From: an uncultured Candidatus Saccharibacteria bacterium
GTDB taxonomy: Bacteria; Patescibacteriota; JAUYIX01; CAYNWW01
DNA: 61,314 nucleotides
Direction: 5' to 3'
Assembly: GCA_964401055.1 (NCBI GenBank)
Contig: CAYNWW010000001.1
Span: 41,689-103,002, forward strand
How positions within the stretch are numbered: the stretch's first letter is position 1; every line of letters starts with the position of its first letter. Below, in pieces: positions 53,990 to 61,314 of this stretch. The position numbers and the translations under genes are program-made. The notes under the pieces are model-generated. The model was not told where the DNA came from. It saw only the letters and a list, made by a program, of their open reading frames with translations, and ran no database searches.

Positions 53990-54280
53990 TCAGGCAGTCG
54001 GATAGTCAACAGGTCTCTCGCTCAAGACATTCCAGTAACCGCCGGCGTCAATTTCCCATTCGGGATGATCCCACATCATTTCGACGAGTTGTCGTTTGCG
54101 CAGGCCTATTGATGCAAATGCGGACATGTAGGCGGATTCAGTCCTGGATGATAGCTGCCGGAGCAAAATCTCAGGTCGGTTTTTTGCCACCCATTGAAGT
54201 CTCCTTGGAATTCCATCAACAGTAATCACTTCTCTCTCTTCAAGCGGCTTCTTTGCTTTTTGCTTTTGGTAATGTGACAA
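53990..54280 (-). CDS. Hypothetical small protein (96 aa)
   Basis: TTG start preceded by AAGGAGGTG at 5-nt spacing. No motif recognised. Confidence 0.6.
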   Translation of the reverse strand: MSHYQKQKAKKPLEEREVITVDGIPRRLQWVAKNRPEILLRQLSSRTESAYMSAFASIGLRKRQLVEMMWDHPEWEIDAGGYWNVLSERPVDYPTA

Positions 54281-54334
54281 GATACACCTCCTTCATGGAA
54301 GGTTTTAGACTATCATAAGCGCAGATTTTTTTCA

Positions 54335-54364
54335 ACAAAAAAGCCCGAAATTTCCTACGGGCCT
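54335..54364 (-). terminator. Intrinsic terminator after the PPIase gene
   Basis: On the minus strand: GCCCG-TAGGAAATTT-CGGGC followed by TTTTTTG. Confidence 0.55.
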
Positions 54365-54385
54365 TCTTGCTGAATTGAAGAGCTA

Positions 54386-55330
54386 TTAAATGTACTTCGA
54401 AACCTTGAAATTCTTTTTCTGATCCCCGAGCCAGGTGTCGAAATCTTTTGGCTTCACGAGGATGTGGCGCGCAGTGAGTTTGTCGCCGTCTTTTTTCTCG
54501 AGTTTGATGATGTGGTAGCCGAATTCGGTTTGGACGATGCCGCTGATGTCGCCCGGCTGGAGCGCGTACGCTGCATCTTGAAATTCTTTGACCATGTCGC
54601 CTTTGGTGAATTCGCCCAAGCTGCCGCCGTCTGCTGCCGAGGTGTCTTCGCTTTCCTTTTTTGCGATTTCACCAAAGTCGGCGCCAGGTTTCTTCACTTC
54701 TTCCAACACGCGGTTGATTTTGTCCCACGCGTCTTTGTTTTCGCCGGTGTCTGCGATGAGCTTTTTCTGCAATTTGGTGCGCTCGATGTATGGGACTAAG
54801 ACGTTGTGCTTGAATTGGTCAGTATTCCAGCCATAGAGCTGCTTGAGGGTTTTTTTCACATCGTCTTCGCTGCCGGTTTGCTTGACTACGTTGCCAAATT
54901 CGGTATCGATGTCTGACTGCGCCACTGTGACGTCGTATTTTTTGCCGAGTTCATGCACGATTTCGTTTTCGATCAAGCGGTCGAGGACGGAGTCGATGAG
55001 TTGTTTCTTGTCTGCTGCCTGCTGGTCGGGAGAGGTCGCACTGTCTTTGGTCGCGTCCACGTAGGTCTCGATCGCCTTCACGTTCATGCGATAATCACCC
55101 ATGGTGATGATATTCCAGCCCACGCGCGCGGCCGGATATGGGATGAAATCTGCGATGGCTGCGGTTGCTTTGTTATTCCAGTGAAATTTGTATGCGTCGA
55201 GCGCAGGTACTGCAAGAATGGCTACTACAACAACGCCTGCTGCAACGCCGGCGGCAATTTTCATTTTTTTGTTGGATTTTTTTGGAGCTGTTGGTTCAGC
55301 TGGAGTGACGGGCGGCATCTGGTCAGACAT
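54386..55330 (-). CDS. Membrane-anchored parvulin-type peptidyl-prolyl isomerase (PrsA/SurA-like)
   Basis: The ATG at 55330 gives MSDQMPP, followed by a TM helix. PpiC domain GGSLGEFTKGDMV.EF..A...L.PG.IS.IV.T.FGYHII. Confidence 0.85.
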   Translation of the reverse strand: MSDQMPPVTPAEPTAPKKSNKKMKIAAGVAAGVVVVAILAVPALDAYKFHWNNKATAAIADFIPYPAARVGWNIITMGDYRMNVKAIETYVDATKDSATSPDQQAADKKQLIDSVLDRLIENEIVHELGKKYDVTVAQSDIDTEFGNVVKQTGSEDDVKKTLKQLYGWNTDQFKHNVLVPYIERTKLQKKLIADTGENKDAWDKINRVLEEVKKPGADFGEIAKKESEDTSAADGGSLGEFTKGDMVKEFQDAAYALQPGDISGIVQTEFGYHIIKLEKKDGDKLTARHILVKPKDFDTWLGDQKKNFKVSKYI

Positions 55331-55340
55331 GGAGATCAAG

Positions 55341-55769
55341 TTAATTATGTTCGGAAGAGAAAAAATAATTCCACCATTTTTCCGGATTGCTCGAATTGTC
55401 ATCAGGATGGTCGACTTTCGCTTGCGCACTGGCGATTTTATCCTGATCAGTCTCGTTGGCTTTCGCCGGAGGAATCGCGACTGCGGTCTCGCCCGGTTTC
55501 TGGAGGTTGAGCTTTTGGCGCGCTTCTTTTTCCTGGTAGGAATCGGTTTTGAAATAATCAATCACGTGAGCCAGCTCGGCGTTTTTTTGCTGCAGCTGCG
55601 CGATATCCGCGCGCACTGAGGAAATCTCCTGGTTGATCTGGTAGCTGCGATACACTTCTTTGCCGAGCGAAATGCTGAGCAGTACCAGCACCACAAATGT
55701 GCCGGCGAGCACTGCTTTCGAGGTCAAAAATCGCGTCTTGAGATCGGTACTTGGCCGTTGATTTGCCAT
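55341..55769 (-). CDS. Septum formation initiator family protein (FtsB/DivIC-like)
   Basis: TM helix plus a coiled coil, ...L...N..L...I........E..AR..L.L..PGE. Confidence 0.7.
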   Translation of the reverse strand: MANQRPSTDLKTRFLTSKAVLAGTFVVLVLLSISLGKEVYRSYQINQEISSVRADIAQLQQKNAELAHVIDYFKTDSYQEKEARQKLNLQKPGETAVAIPPAKANETDQDKIASAQAKVDHPDDNSSNPEKWWNYFFSSEHN

Positions 55770-55793
55770 AACTATAGCATCAGTTAGTCATTT

Positions 55794-56384
55794 CTACAAC
55801 TGCTTTTTCTGAGAATCTGTTGAGCGCGCTTTCTGTTGCTCGAGGAGATCGAGAAGTTGGCGGGCTGTGAGCTCTTGCTGGTTTTCTGAGTGTTCTTCTT
55901 TGTATTCACGCTGAATTTGCACAAGAAGCTCTTGGAGCTCGTGCGGACGATGAATGTGGTCGAGGCTGATGAGATTTTGTGAGCCTGCAGTTTCGACCAG
56001 GCAGCTGCCGTAGCCAAAAATCGTTGCGATAATTCCGTTGATCGAGTACGTCACATCCTGGATTTTATCAATCTCAGTCTCGGAAACCGACCGGCGAAAC
56101 AGCCCGCGTTGATCGATATCGATGATGCGCAAATTGGTAATGATGAAACTGTCGAGGTACCAGGTGATCGACTCATATGCGACATACAACAGACAAAGCG
56201 CGAGCCAGCCGACGAGTACTGTACCTCCCAGTGGCGAAGCAAGCAAAAATGTGATAAAAAAGAACGGGAGCGCGGCCGCAACGACCGCCTTCAGAAGCGG
56301 TGCCGCAAGTGTAATCCAATGCTTGCGCACGATCTGAATGATCTGTTCATTTTCTTTAAGTTCGTGAGAAAAGTAGTTAAACAT
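55794..56384 (-). CDS. Membrane protein with a bacterial PH-like (YdbS/bPH_2-like) organisation
   Basis: L.ENE.II.IVRKHW, then two TM helices, then a beta-rich domain. The call is tentative. Confidence 0.55.
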   Translation of the reverse strand: MFNYFSHELKENEQIIQIVRKHWITLAAPLLKAVVAAALPFFFITFLLASPLGGTVLVGWLALCLLYVAYESITWYLDSFIITNLRIIDIDQRGLFRRSVSETEIDKIQDVTYSINGIIATIFGYGSCLVETAGSQNLISLDHIHRPHELQELLVQIQREYKEEHSENQQELTARQLLDLLEQQKARSTDSQKKQL

Positions 56385-56404
56385 TAAACGCGGAGATTGA
56401 TGAT

Positions 56405-56500
56405 ATGAAACAAGCTGTAAAAAAATGGGTCATGGTCGGACTGGTTGGAATCGTGAGTCTGAGCATGGTGCTGTCGCTCATTATACCGTTTTTGCAGTAA
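56405..56500 (+). CDS. Small hydrophobic peptide (31 aa), below the ORF-track cutoff
   Basis: GGAGA lies 8 nt upstream of the ATG. MKQAVKKWVMVGLVGIVSLSMVLSLIIPFLQ. Followed directly by a terminator. Confidence 0.45.
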   Translation: MKQAVKKWVMVGLVGIVSLSMVLSLIIPFLQ

Positions 56501-56504
56501 AAAT

Positions 56505-56533
56505 AAAAAGCGCCTCTTTGTGAGGCGCTTTTG
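56505..56533. terminator. Bidirectional intrinsic terminator
   Basis: AAAAAGCGCCTC-TTTGT-GAGGCGCTTTT, between the small ORF (+) and lepA (-). Confidence 0.65.
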
Positions 56534-56543
56534 CTGTGTCGAG

Positions 56544-58352
56544 CTAGTTTTTGAGAATATCCAAAAACGCCTGGTGCGGAATATCCACTTTGCCAAACGC
56601 GCGCATGCGTTTTTTGCCTTTTCTCTGCTTGTCGAGGAGTTTGTGTTTGCGGGTAACGTCGCCGCCGTACAGCTTGGCCGTCACGTCTTTGTGTAGTGAG
56701 CCGATGGTTTCGCGCGCCACGATTTTGCCGCCGACGACGGCTTGGATCGGGATCTGGAATTGGTGGCGCGGGATGAGCTCTTTGAGTTTTTTCGCTAAGC
56801 GGCGGCCGATCATCTCGGCTTCTGAGCGATGGACGATCATCGAAAACGGATCGACTTGTTCTTCATTGACGAGGATGTCTACGCGCACCAGATCTGACGG
56901 ACGGAAATCCAGCACTTCATAATTGAGCGACGCGTAACCTTGGGTGCGGCTTTTGAGTTGATCATAAAAATCTGTGATCACGTTGCGCAGCGGAATTTCA
57001 TACTCAATAATCACTGTCTGCTGGTTGAGATAATTGGTATTTTTATATACTGCTTGTTTTTCTTGGCAAAGTTCCATGAGCGAGCCGATGTATGCGACCG
57101 GCGTGACCAGCTCGAGTTTGCACCAGAGTTCTTCAAATACCTTGATGTGATCTGCGCGTGGGAGTTCTTCTGGGCTGTAGAGCGTAAACGGTTCGCCCGC
57201 GGTTGGCGTGATGCGAAATGGAACGGTTGGCGACGTGATGATGACATCGAGATCGTATTCGCGCTGGAGTCGCTCTTTTGTGATTTCCAAATGCAACAAT
57301 CCCAAGAATCCGCAGAAAAATCCAAATCCGAGCGCTTGCGAATGGCGCGATTCGAAATACAGCGAGGAATCGTTGAGCTGGAGTTTGCTGAGGGCGTATT
57401 TGAGATCGTCAAAGCGATTATTTTCCACACAATACAATCCCGAGTACACCAGCGGCTGGACTTTTTTGTATCCGGGAAGCGCGGTGACTGCGTTGTGCGT
57501 GACATCTTTGCTCAGCGCGACCGTGTCGCCCACTCGCGTTTTGGCGATATCTTTCAAGCCGGTGACGATGTAGCCGATTTGTCCAGCCTCCAGGCGGTCT
57601 TGTGCCAGGCGCAGCGGGGTGAAAATCCCGACTTCTTGCGCAGTAAACGGCGTGTTGGTGGCGATCAGGTGGAGTAAATCATTTTTGGTGGATGTGCCGG
57701 TCATCTGGCGCACGTACAAAATAATTCCTTGATAGGTGTCAAAGACCGAATCAAAAATAAGTGAGCGCGCGGGTGCCTGGGGATCGATGGCAGGTTGGGG
57801 CGCAGGAATGCGTGAGACCACGGCTTCGAGGAGCTTGTCGACGCCGGTGCCGATTTTTCCAGATACTTCTAGGATTTCGTCGCGCGAAAATCCAAATGTT
57901 TTTTCAATTTCTTCTTTGACTTGATCAGGCTGCGCATTGGGAAGGTCGATTTTATTTACGACCGGAATAATCTCGAGTCCCTGCTCGATTGCCTGATACA
58001 CGTGCGCGATGGTTTGCGCCTGGATTCCTTGCGTGGCATCAACTACGAGGATTGCACCTTCGCACGCCGCAAGCGATCGCGAAACTTCATAACTAAAATC
58101 CACATGCCCGGGCGTGTCGATCAAGTTGAGCGTGTAGGTCGTGCCGTCGGCGGCAGGATATTGCATGCAGACCGGCTGGAGCTTGATGGTAATCCCCCGC
58201 TCACGTTCGAGATCCATCTGATCCAAAAATTGCGACTGCATGTCGCGACGTTCGACGCGGTGAGTCAATTCCAAAAAGCGATCCGCGAGAGTGGATTTAC
58301 CGTGATCAATATGGGCGATAATGCAAAAATTGCGAATCTGGGATTGGGTCAT
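56544..58352 (-). CDS. lepA: Elongation factor 4 (LepA)
   Basis: IRNFCIIAHIDHGKSTLADR, DTPGHVDF, and the LepA-specific C-terminus ...GKKRMR.FG.V.IPQ.AF. Confidence 0.97.
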   Translation of the reverse strand: MTQSQIRNFCIIAHIDHGKSTLADRFLELTHRVERRDMQSQFLDQMDLERERGITIKLQPVCMQYPAADGTTYTLNLIDTPGHVDFSYEVSRSLAACEGAILVVDATQGIQAQTIAHVYQAIEQGLEIIPVVNKIDLPNAQPDQVKEEIEKTFGFSRDEILEVSGKIGTGVDKLLEAVVSRIPAPQPAIDPQAPARSLIFDSVFDTYQGIILYVRQMTGTSTKNDLLHLIATNTPFTAQEVGIFTPLRLAQDRLEAGQIGYIVTGLKDIAKTRVGDTVALSKDVTHNAVTALPGYKKVQPLVYSGLYCVENNRFDDLKYALSKLQLNDSSLYFESRHSQALGFGFFCGFLGLLHLEITKERLQREYDLDVIITSPTVPFRITPTAGEPFTLYSPEELPRADHIKVFEELWCKLELVTPVAYIGSLMELCQEKQAVYKNTNYLNQQTVIIEYEIPLRNVITDFYDQLKSRTQGYASLNYEVLDFRPSDLVRVDILVNEEQVDPFSMIVHRSEAEMIGRRLAKKLKELIPRHQFQIPIQAVVGGKIVARETIGSLHKDVTAKLYGGDVTRKHKLLDKQRKGKKRMRAFGKVDIPHQAFLDILKN

Positions 58353-58367
58353 ACGCGTGCGAATGTG

Positions 58368-59984
58368 TTAGGAATGTGTATCCTCGCCTTCTTGCTGCGG
58401 GAGCGCAGACAGCGGGCGCTGCTGGCGCAGGGTGATCTGCTTGAGCTTGCCAAACACGTTGAGCTCGTCGTTTTTTAGCAAATAGGAAGTGCACAAAAAG
58501 CTGATGACGCCGGTGAGTGCGGCGCACGCACCTTGGGTGGCGATGCCGGCAAACGTCTGCATATTGACCAGCGGTGCGACTGCATACAGCGTCCCATAAC
58601 TATACATGCCCATCACGAGCGAGGCAAGAGTAGTCTTGAGCATGGATGCCATAATGGTGGCGTCGTCCAGATTTTTGAGCTTGAGGTGGAGGAAAAACAG
58701 GAGCAAAAATACATTGGTGAAACTCGATGCCGCAAATGCGATGCCGAGCCCTTCAACCCCGTACACGCGAGAAAATACGACGGAACAGACCACGTCGACA
58801 ATGACGGAAAAAATACTCACGAGCACCGGTGTGCGCACGTCTTTCTTTGCATAAAACGTGCGCGACAACAGCGGCACCAGACTTTGCGCCACCAAGCTCA
58901 GCGCAAAATATCCCAACACGCGGGCGGTGTGGACGGTATCGTCCCAGCTAAATTTGTTACTTCCGAGGAATACGCGCACAATCTGCGCGCGAAGGAGCAA
59001 GATGAGTACGCTCGATGGAATGATGAAAAAAATAATACGGCGAAATGTTTTTGAAAATGTGTCACGCAGTCCGTCAGTGTCGTCGCGCGAAGAAAGTTCG
59101 GATAAGATAGGAAACGCCGCAATCGCAAATGAGATGCCAAACATGCTGACCGGTACTGATTGGATGTTATTCGCCAAGTTGAAAATGCTAATGCTCCCGG
59201 GCGCAAGTCCGGATGCGATCGTGGTGCTGATCACCAGGTCGAGCTGAAATGCCACGAGTCCAATGATGCGCGCACTAATCATGCGAAAGAGGGCTTTGAC
59301 GTCATCAGTGAGACGAAACAGCGGTTGGTAGCGATACCCTGCGCGGATCGCGCTTGGGAGTTGAATGCCGAAATGCAGCGCTGCGCCGACCACTACACCG
59401 ATCGCGACACCCTTGATACCCATCGACGGTCCGAGTATGATCGTGCCGGCTATGATTCCCGCGTTGTACATGATTGGCGCCAGTGAATAGATGAAAAATT
59501 TTTTAAATGAATTGAGGATGCCACTCAAAATGTTGCTGAGCGCAAAAAACACCGGCGCACAGAGCATGATTCGTGTGAGAGAGACGGTTTCGGCCGCTTT
59601 TTCCGGCGAAAAACCGTGCGCGAGCAGGCTTACGAGTGCGGGTGCTGCGAGATAGAGTGCGGCCGTGCATGCGAGTAGCGCGGCAAGCAAGATGTTGATG
59701 AGCGAGTTCGTCACGTGCCACGCTTTTGCGAGCTGTTTTTTGACGATGAACTCGGTGAAGACCGGCACAAACGCGGCTGAGATCACGCCGCCGATGATGA
59801 TGTTGTACAGAAAATCCGGAATCCGAAACGCAGAGTAATACACGTCGAGCTGTGAGGTCTTGAATTGGGACACCAGCACGCGATCGCGTATTAGTCCGAG
59901 CGCTTTGCTTGCGATGGAAGAAATCGCAATGATCGTTGCGGCCGAGAGAATGCTCAGATGTTTTTGCGGTTTCGGTGTGATCAT
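58368..59984 (-). CDS. murJ: Lipid II flippase MurJ (MviN)
   Basis: 538 aa, about 14 TM helices. N-terminus S..LG..RD......FG......D.Y..AFRIP. Confidence 0.92.
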   Translation of the reverse strand: MITPKPQKHLSILSAATIIAISSIASKALGLIRDRVLVSQFKTSQLDVYYSAFRIPDFLYNIIIGGVISAAFVPVFTEFIVKKQLAKAWHVTNSLINILLAALLACTAALYLAAPALVSLLAHGFSPEKAAETVSLTRIMLCAPVFFALSNILSGILNSFKKFFIYSLAPIMYNAGIIAGTIILGPSMGIKGVAIGVVVGAALHFGIQLPSAIRAGYRYQPLFRLTDDVKALFRMISARIIGLVAFQLDLVISTTIASGLAPGSISIFNLANNIQSVPVSMFGISFAIAAFPILSELSSRDDTDGLRDTFSKTFRRIIFFIIPSSVLILLLRAQIVRVFLGSNKFSWDDTVHTARVLGYFALSLVAQSLVPLLSRTFYAKKDVRTPVLVSIFSVIVDVVCSVVFSRVYGVEGLGIAFAASSFTNVFLLLFFLHLKLKNLDDATIMASMLKTTLASLVMGMYSYGTLYAVAPLVNMQTFAGIATQGACAALTGVISFLCTSYLLKNDELNVFGKLKQITLRQQRPLSALPQQEGEDTHS

Positions 59985-59986
59985 GA

Positions 59987-61314
59987 CTATTTGTCCGTGG
60001 CGGATGTAAATGTTACAGCCGCATACATGTCTTGAGTGATTGTATTGCGCCAGGTGATCTGGTGATGTTCGGCATCGATCGTGGCATCAGTCGGGTACTG
60101 GAACAATGGTTTCATTGAAGCTGGATATGTGACGGTCAGCGTGTGCGTGTGCGCTCCACTCCCCGGCTGCTTTTGCAACAACTCGGTGTAGGTTTGCGCA
60201 TGAGTGCGAACACTACCCAATGAAATCGAAAATGGTAGTCGATATGTGAGAACGACCGTTGTTTGATCTTGCGGCTCGACCTGAGCCCAATTTCCAAATA
60301 CGGTTTTGCCGCTTTCTTTCATGATGCGCGTTTGGCTGGCGGGATGAATAGTGGTCGACTGCTCTTGCTGGGCAACACTTGGCTCGTCAGCGTAAGCAGG
60401 ATTTTTGGGGATTTCCGGAAGGGGTTGGAAGCCTTGTGCGTCCAGGAGCACGCTGCCCTCGGGCACGTAGATTTTCATGAAATCAATATTTTTTACGCTG
60501 AGGCCTGCCCGTGGGCCGGTATGGTTGCGCGTGATGGTGAGTTTTTTGATTACAGTACCGTCATCTTGAATGGTGACTTCTTCAGTGATGTGCTCATTGA
60601 TCAGTAAATCAGTTTTTCCGCCGCCAATGTTGTTGTCCGCGATGGCAAGATAATCTTTGTCGGTTGCTTTGACTTCTGCCGTCCAATTGAATTCTTGCGC
60701 TTTGCGCTGAAGCGTCTCATCCAAGAAATACATGCCCATTTGTTTTTCTGCCAACGCCTGGATAATCACAGGCGTGATGTGCTGAAGAGCTTGTTTGTCC
60801 TCGAAGAGTTTGGATAGTAATTTTGGTGCAAAATCGGCGAGGAATTTTTTCGGACGGTTGAGCTCGCGATCGTAATTTGTCTCTACCTCATCTTGCGTTT
60901 GCGCAATAAAATTATCTTGCGAGATAGTTGTGTGATATTCGGGCATATCGATCGGTCCGGTGATTGCAAGGAGCTGCTGGATGACGCCAGGTGTCAATCC
61001 GATCACGCCATCCACGGTCGGACCGCCGGCTTTTTCAAAAAACCATTCCTCGAGTCGAGCGCTTGTTGGGTAATCCAGGAAAAAATTGGCATCATGCAGC
61101 GACCAGCGCGGCGTCAGGTGCGCGAGCGGTTCGGGCGGGTTGATATGTGCTTTCAACTGACCGTCAATGTTGTAAATGTCATCGACCGCAACTTTTTTGA
61201 TGTCGCCTTGGTCAATGTCGACGAGTGCATACGTGCCGTTGAAGCCGAAGTCTGCACGAAGCTCGTTGTTGTTGTGAAAAATGACGAGATACCGTTTTTG
61301 CTGCGTTGATCCAA
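59987..61314 (-). CDS. DUF4012-domain protein (5' end beyond the window)
   Basis: The frame stays open to the window edge: ...RYLVIFHNNNELRADFGFNGTYALVDIDQGDI...DIYNIDGQL matches the DUF4012 core. The track start at 61156 is only an internal TTG. Confidence 0.8.
   Translation of the reverse strand, partial: GSTQQKRYLVIFHNNNELRADFGFNGTYALVDIDQGDIKKVAVDDIYNIDGQLKAHINPPEPLAHLTPRWSLHDANFFLDYPTSARLEEWFFEKAGGPTVDGVIGLTPGVIQQLLAITGPIDMPEYHTTISQDNFIAQTQDEVETNYDRELNRPKKFLADFAPKLLSKLFEDKQALQHITPVIIQALAEKQMGMYFLDETLQRKAQEFNWTAEVKATDKDYLAIADNNIGGGKTDLLINEHITEEVTIQDDGTVIKKLTITRNHTGPRAGLSVKNIDFMKIYVPEGSVLLDAQGFQPLPEIPKNPAYADEPSVAQQEQSTTIHPASQTRIMKESGKTVFGNWAQVEPQDQTTVVLTYRLPFSISLGSVRTHAQTYTELLQKQPGSGAHTHTLTVTYPASMKPLFQYPTDATIDAEHHQITWRNTITQDMYAAVTFTSATDK

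Noticed and set aside
55331-55561. The N-terminal extension of the PPIase ORF (the track gives 54386..55561).
   Set aside because: The extension is Arg/Lys-rich sequence overlapping the ftsB-like gene's 3' end. ATG 55330 gives a normal N-terminus followed by a TM anchor.
1-61314. Possible reassignment of TAG to a sense codon, prompted by in-frame TAGs in map and in the 51331-51940 gene.
   Set aside because: TAG clearly terminates several well-conserved genes at their expected ends. These are rplW (871-873), secY (9927-9929), the iPGM-like gene (19673-19675) and both convergent genes at 26391-26394. No tRNA with a CUA anticodon is in the window. A nonsense mutation or a sequence error is more likely.
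1-61314. CRISPR arrays, rRNA genes, IS elements, integrases and prophage genes.
   Set aside because: Reading through the window I saw no regularly spaced direct repeats, no rRNA-like sequence, and no transposase, recombinase or phage structural motifs in any ORF.

Overview
The window looks like a small-genome bacterium, probably Candidate Phyla Radiation/Patescibacteria. That placement is an inference from three things: rpmD (L30) is missing between rpsE and rplO, a DUF4012 protein is present, and metabolism is sparse and fermentative (PduL). About 85 genes are packed tightly.

Layout:
- 1-23590: a single co-directional plus-strand array with no recognisable terminator. It holds the S10/spc ribosomal-protein operon (rplD to rplO), secY-adk-map, ruvX, a GT2 glycosyltransferase and galT. 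Next comes a contiguous lower-glycolysis block (tpiA-fba-gap-pgk-eno, a short iPGM, a PfkB kinase, pduL), then recJ and rnhA.
- 23.6-61.3 kb: mixed housekeeping genes (rpmA, gltX, priA-def-fmt, ftsEX, prfB, lepA, murJ), three tRNAs (Gln-CUG, Gly-CCC, Thr-CGU) and several accessory patches.

No CRISPR array, rRNA, transposase or integrase was seen.

Most notable observations:
1. A tightly packed minus-strand operon of an aeRF1/Pelota-like protein, a CPBP intramembrane protease and an Endo IV-like TIM barrel. It runs directly into prfB (classic +1 frameshift found), then two structured hairpins with a shared loop, then ftsEX.
2. A very AT-rich 2.2 kb insertion in GC-rich DNA. It encodes a 686-aa orphan protein with an HExxH...ExxxD motif and is flanked by promoter-like direct repeats.
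3. An iPGM that lacks its entire phosphotransferase domain.
4. A PGK that looks archaeal-type.
5. A non-ribosomal membrane protein inserted between rpsH and rplF.
6. A nickel superoxide dismutase (sodN) with its maturation protease (sodX).
7. An in-frame TAG in the essential map gene.
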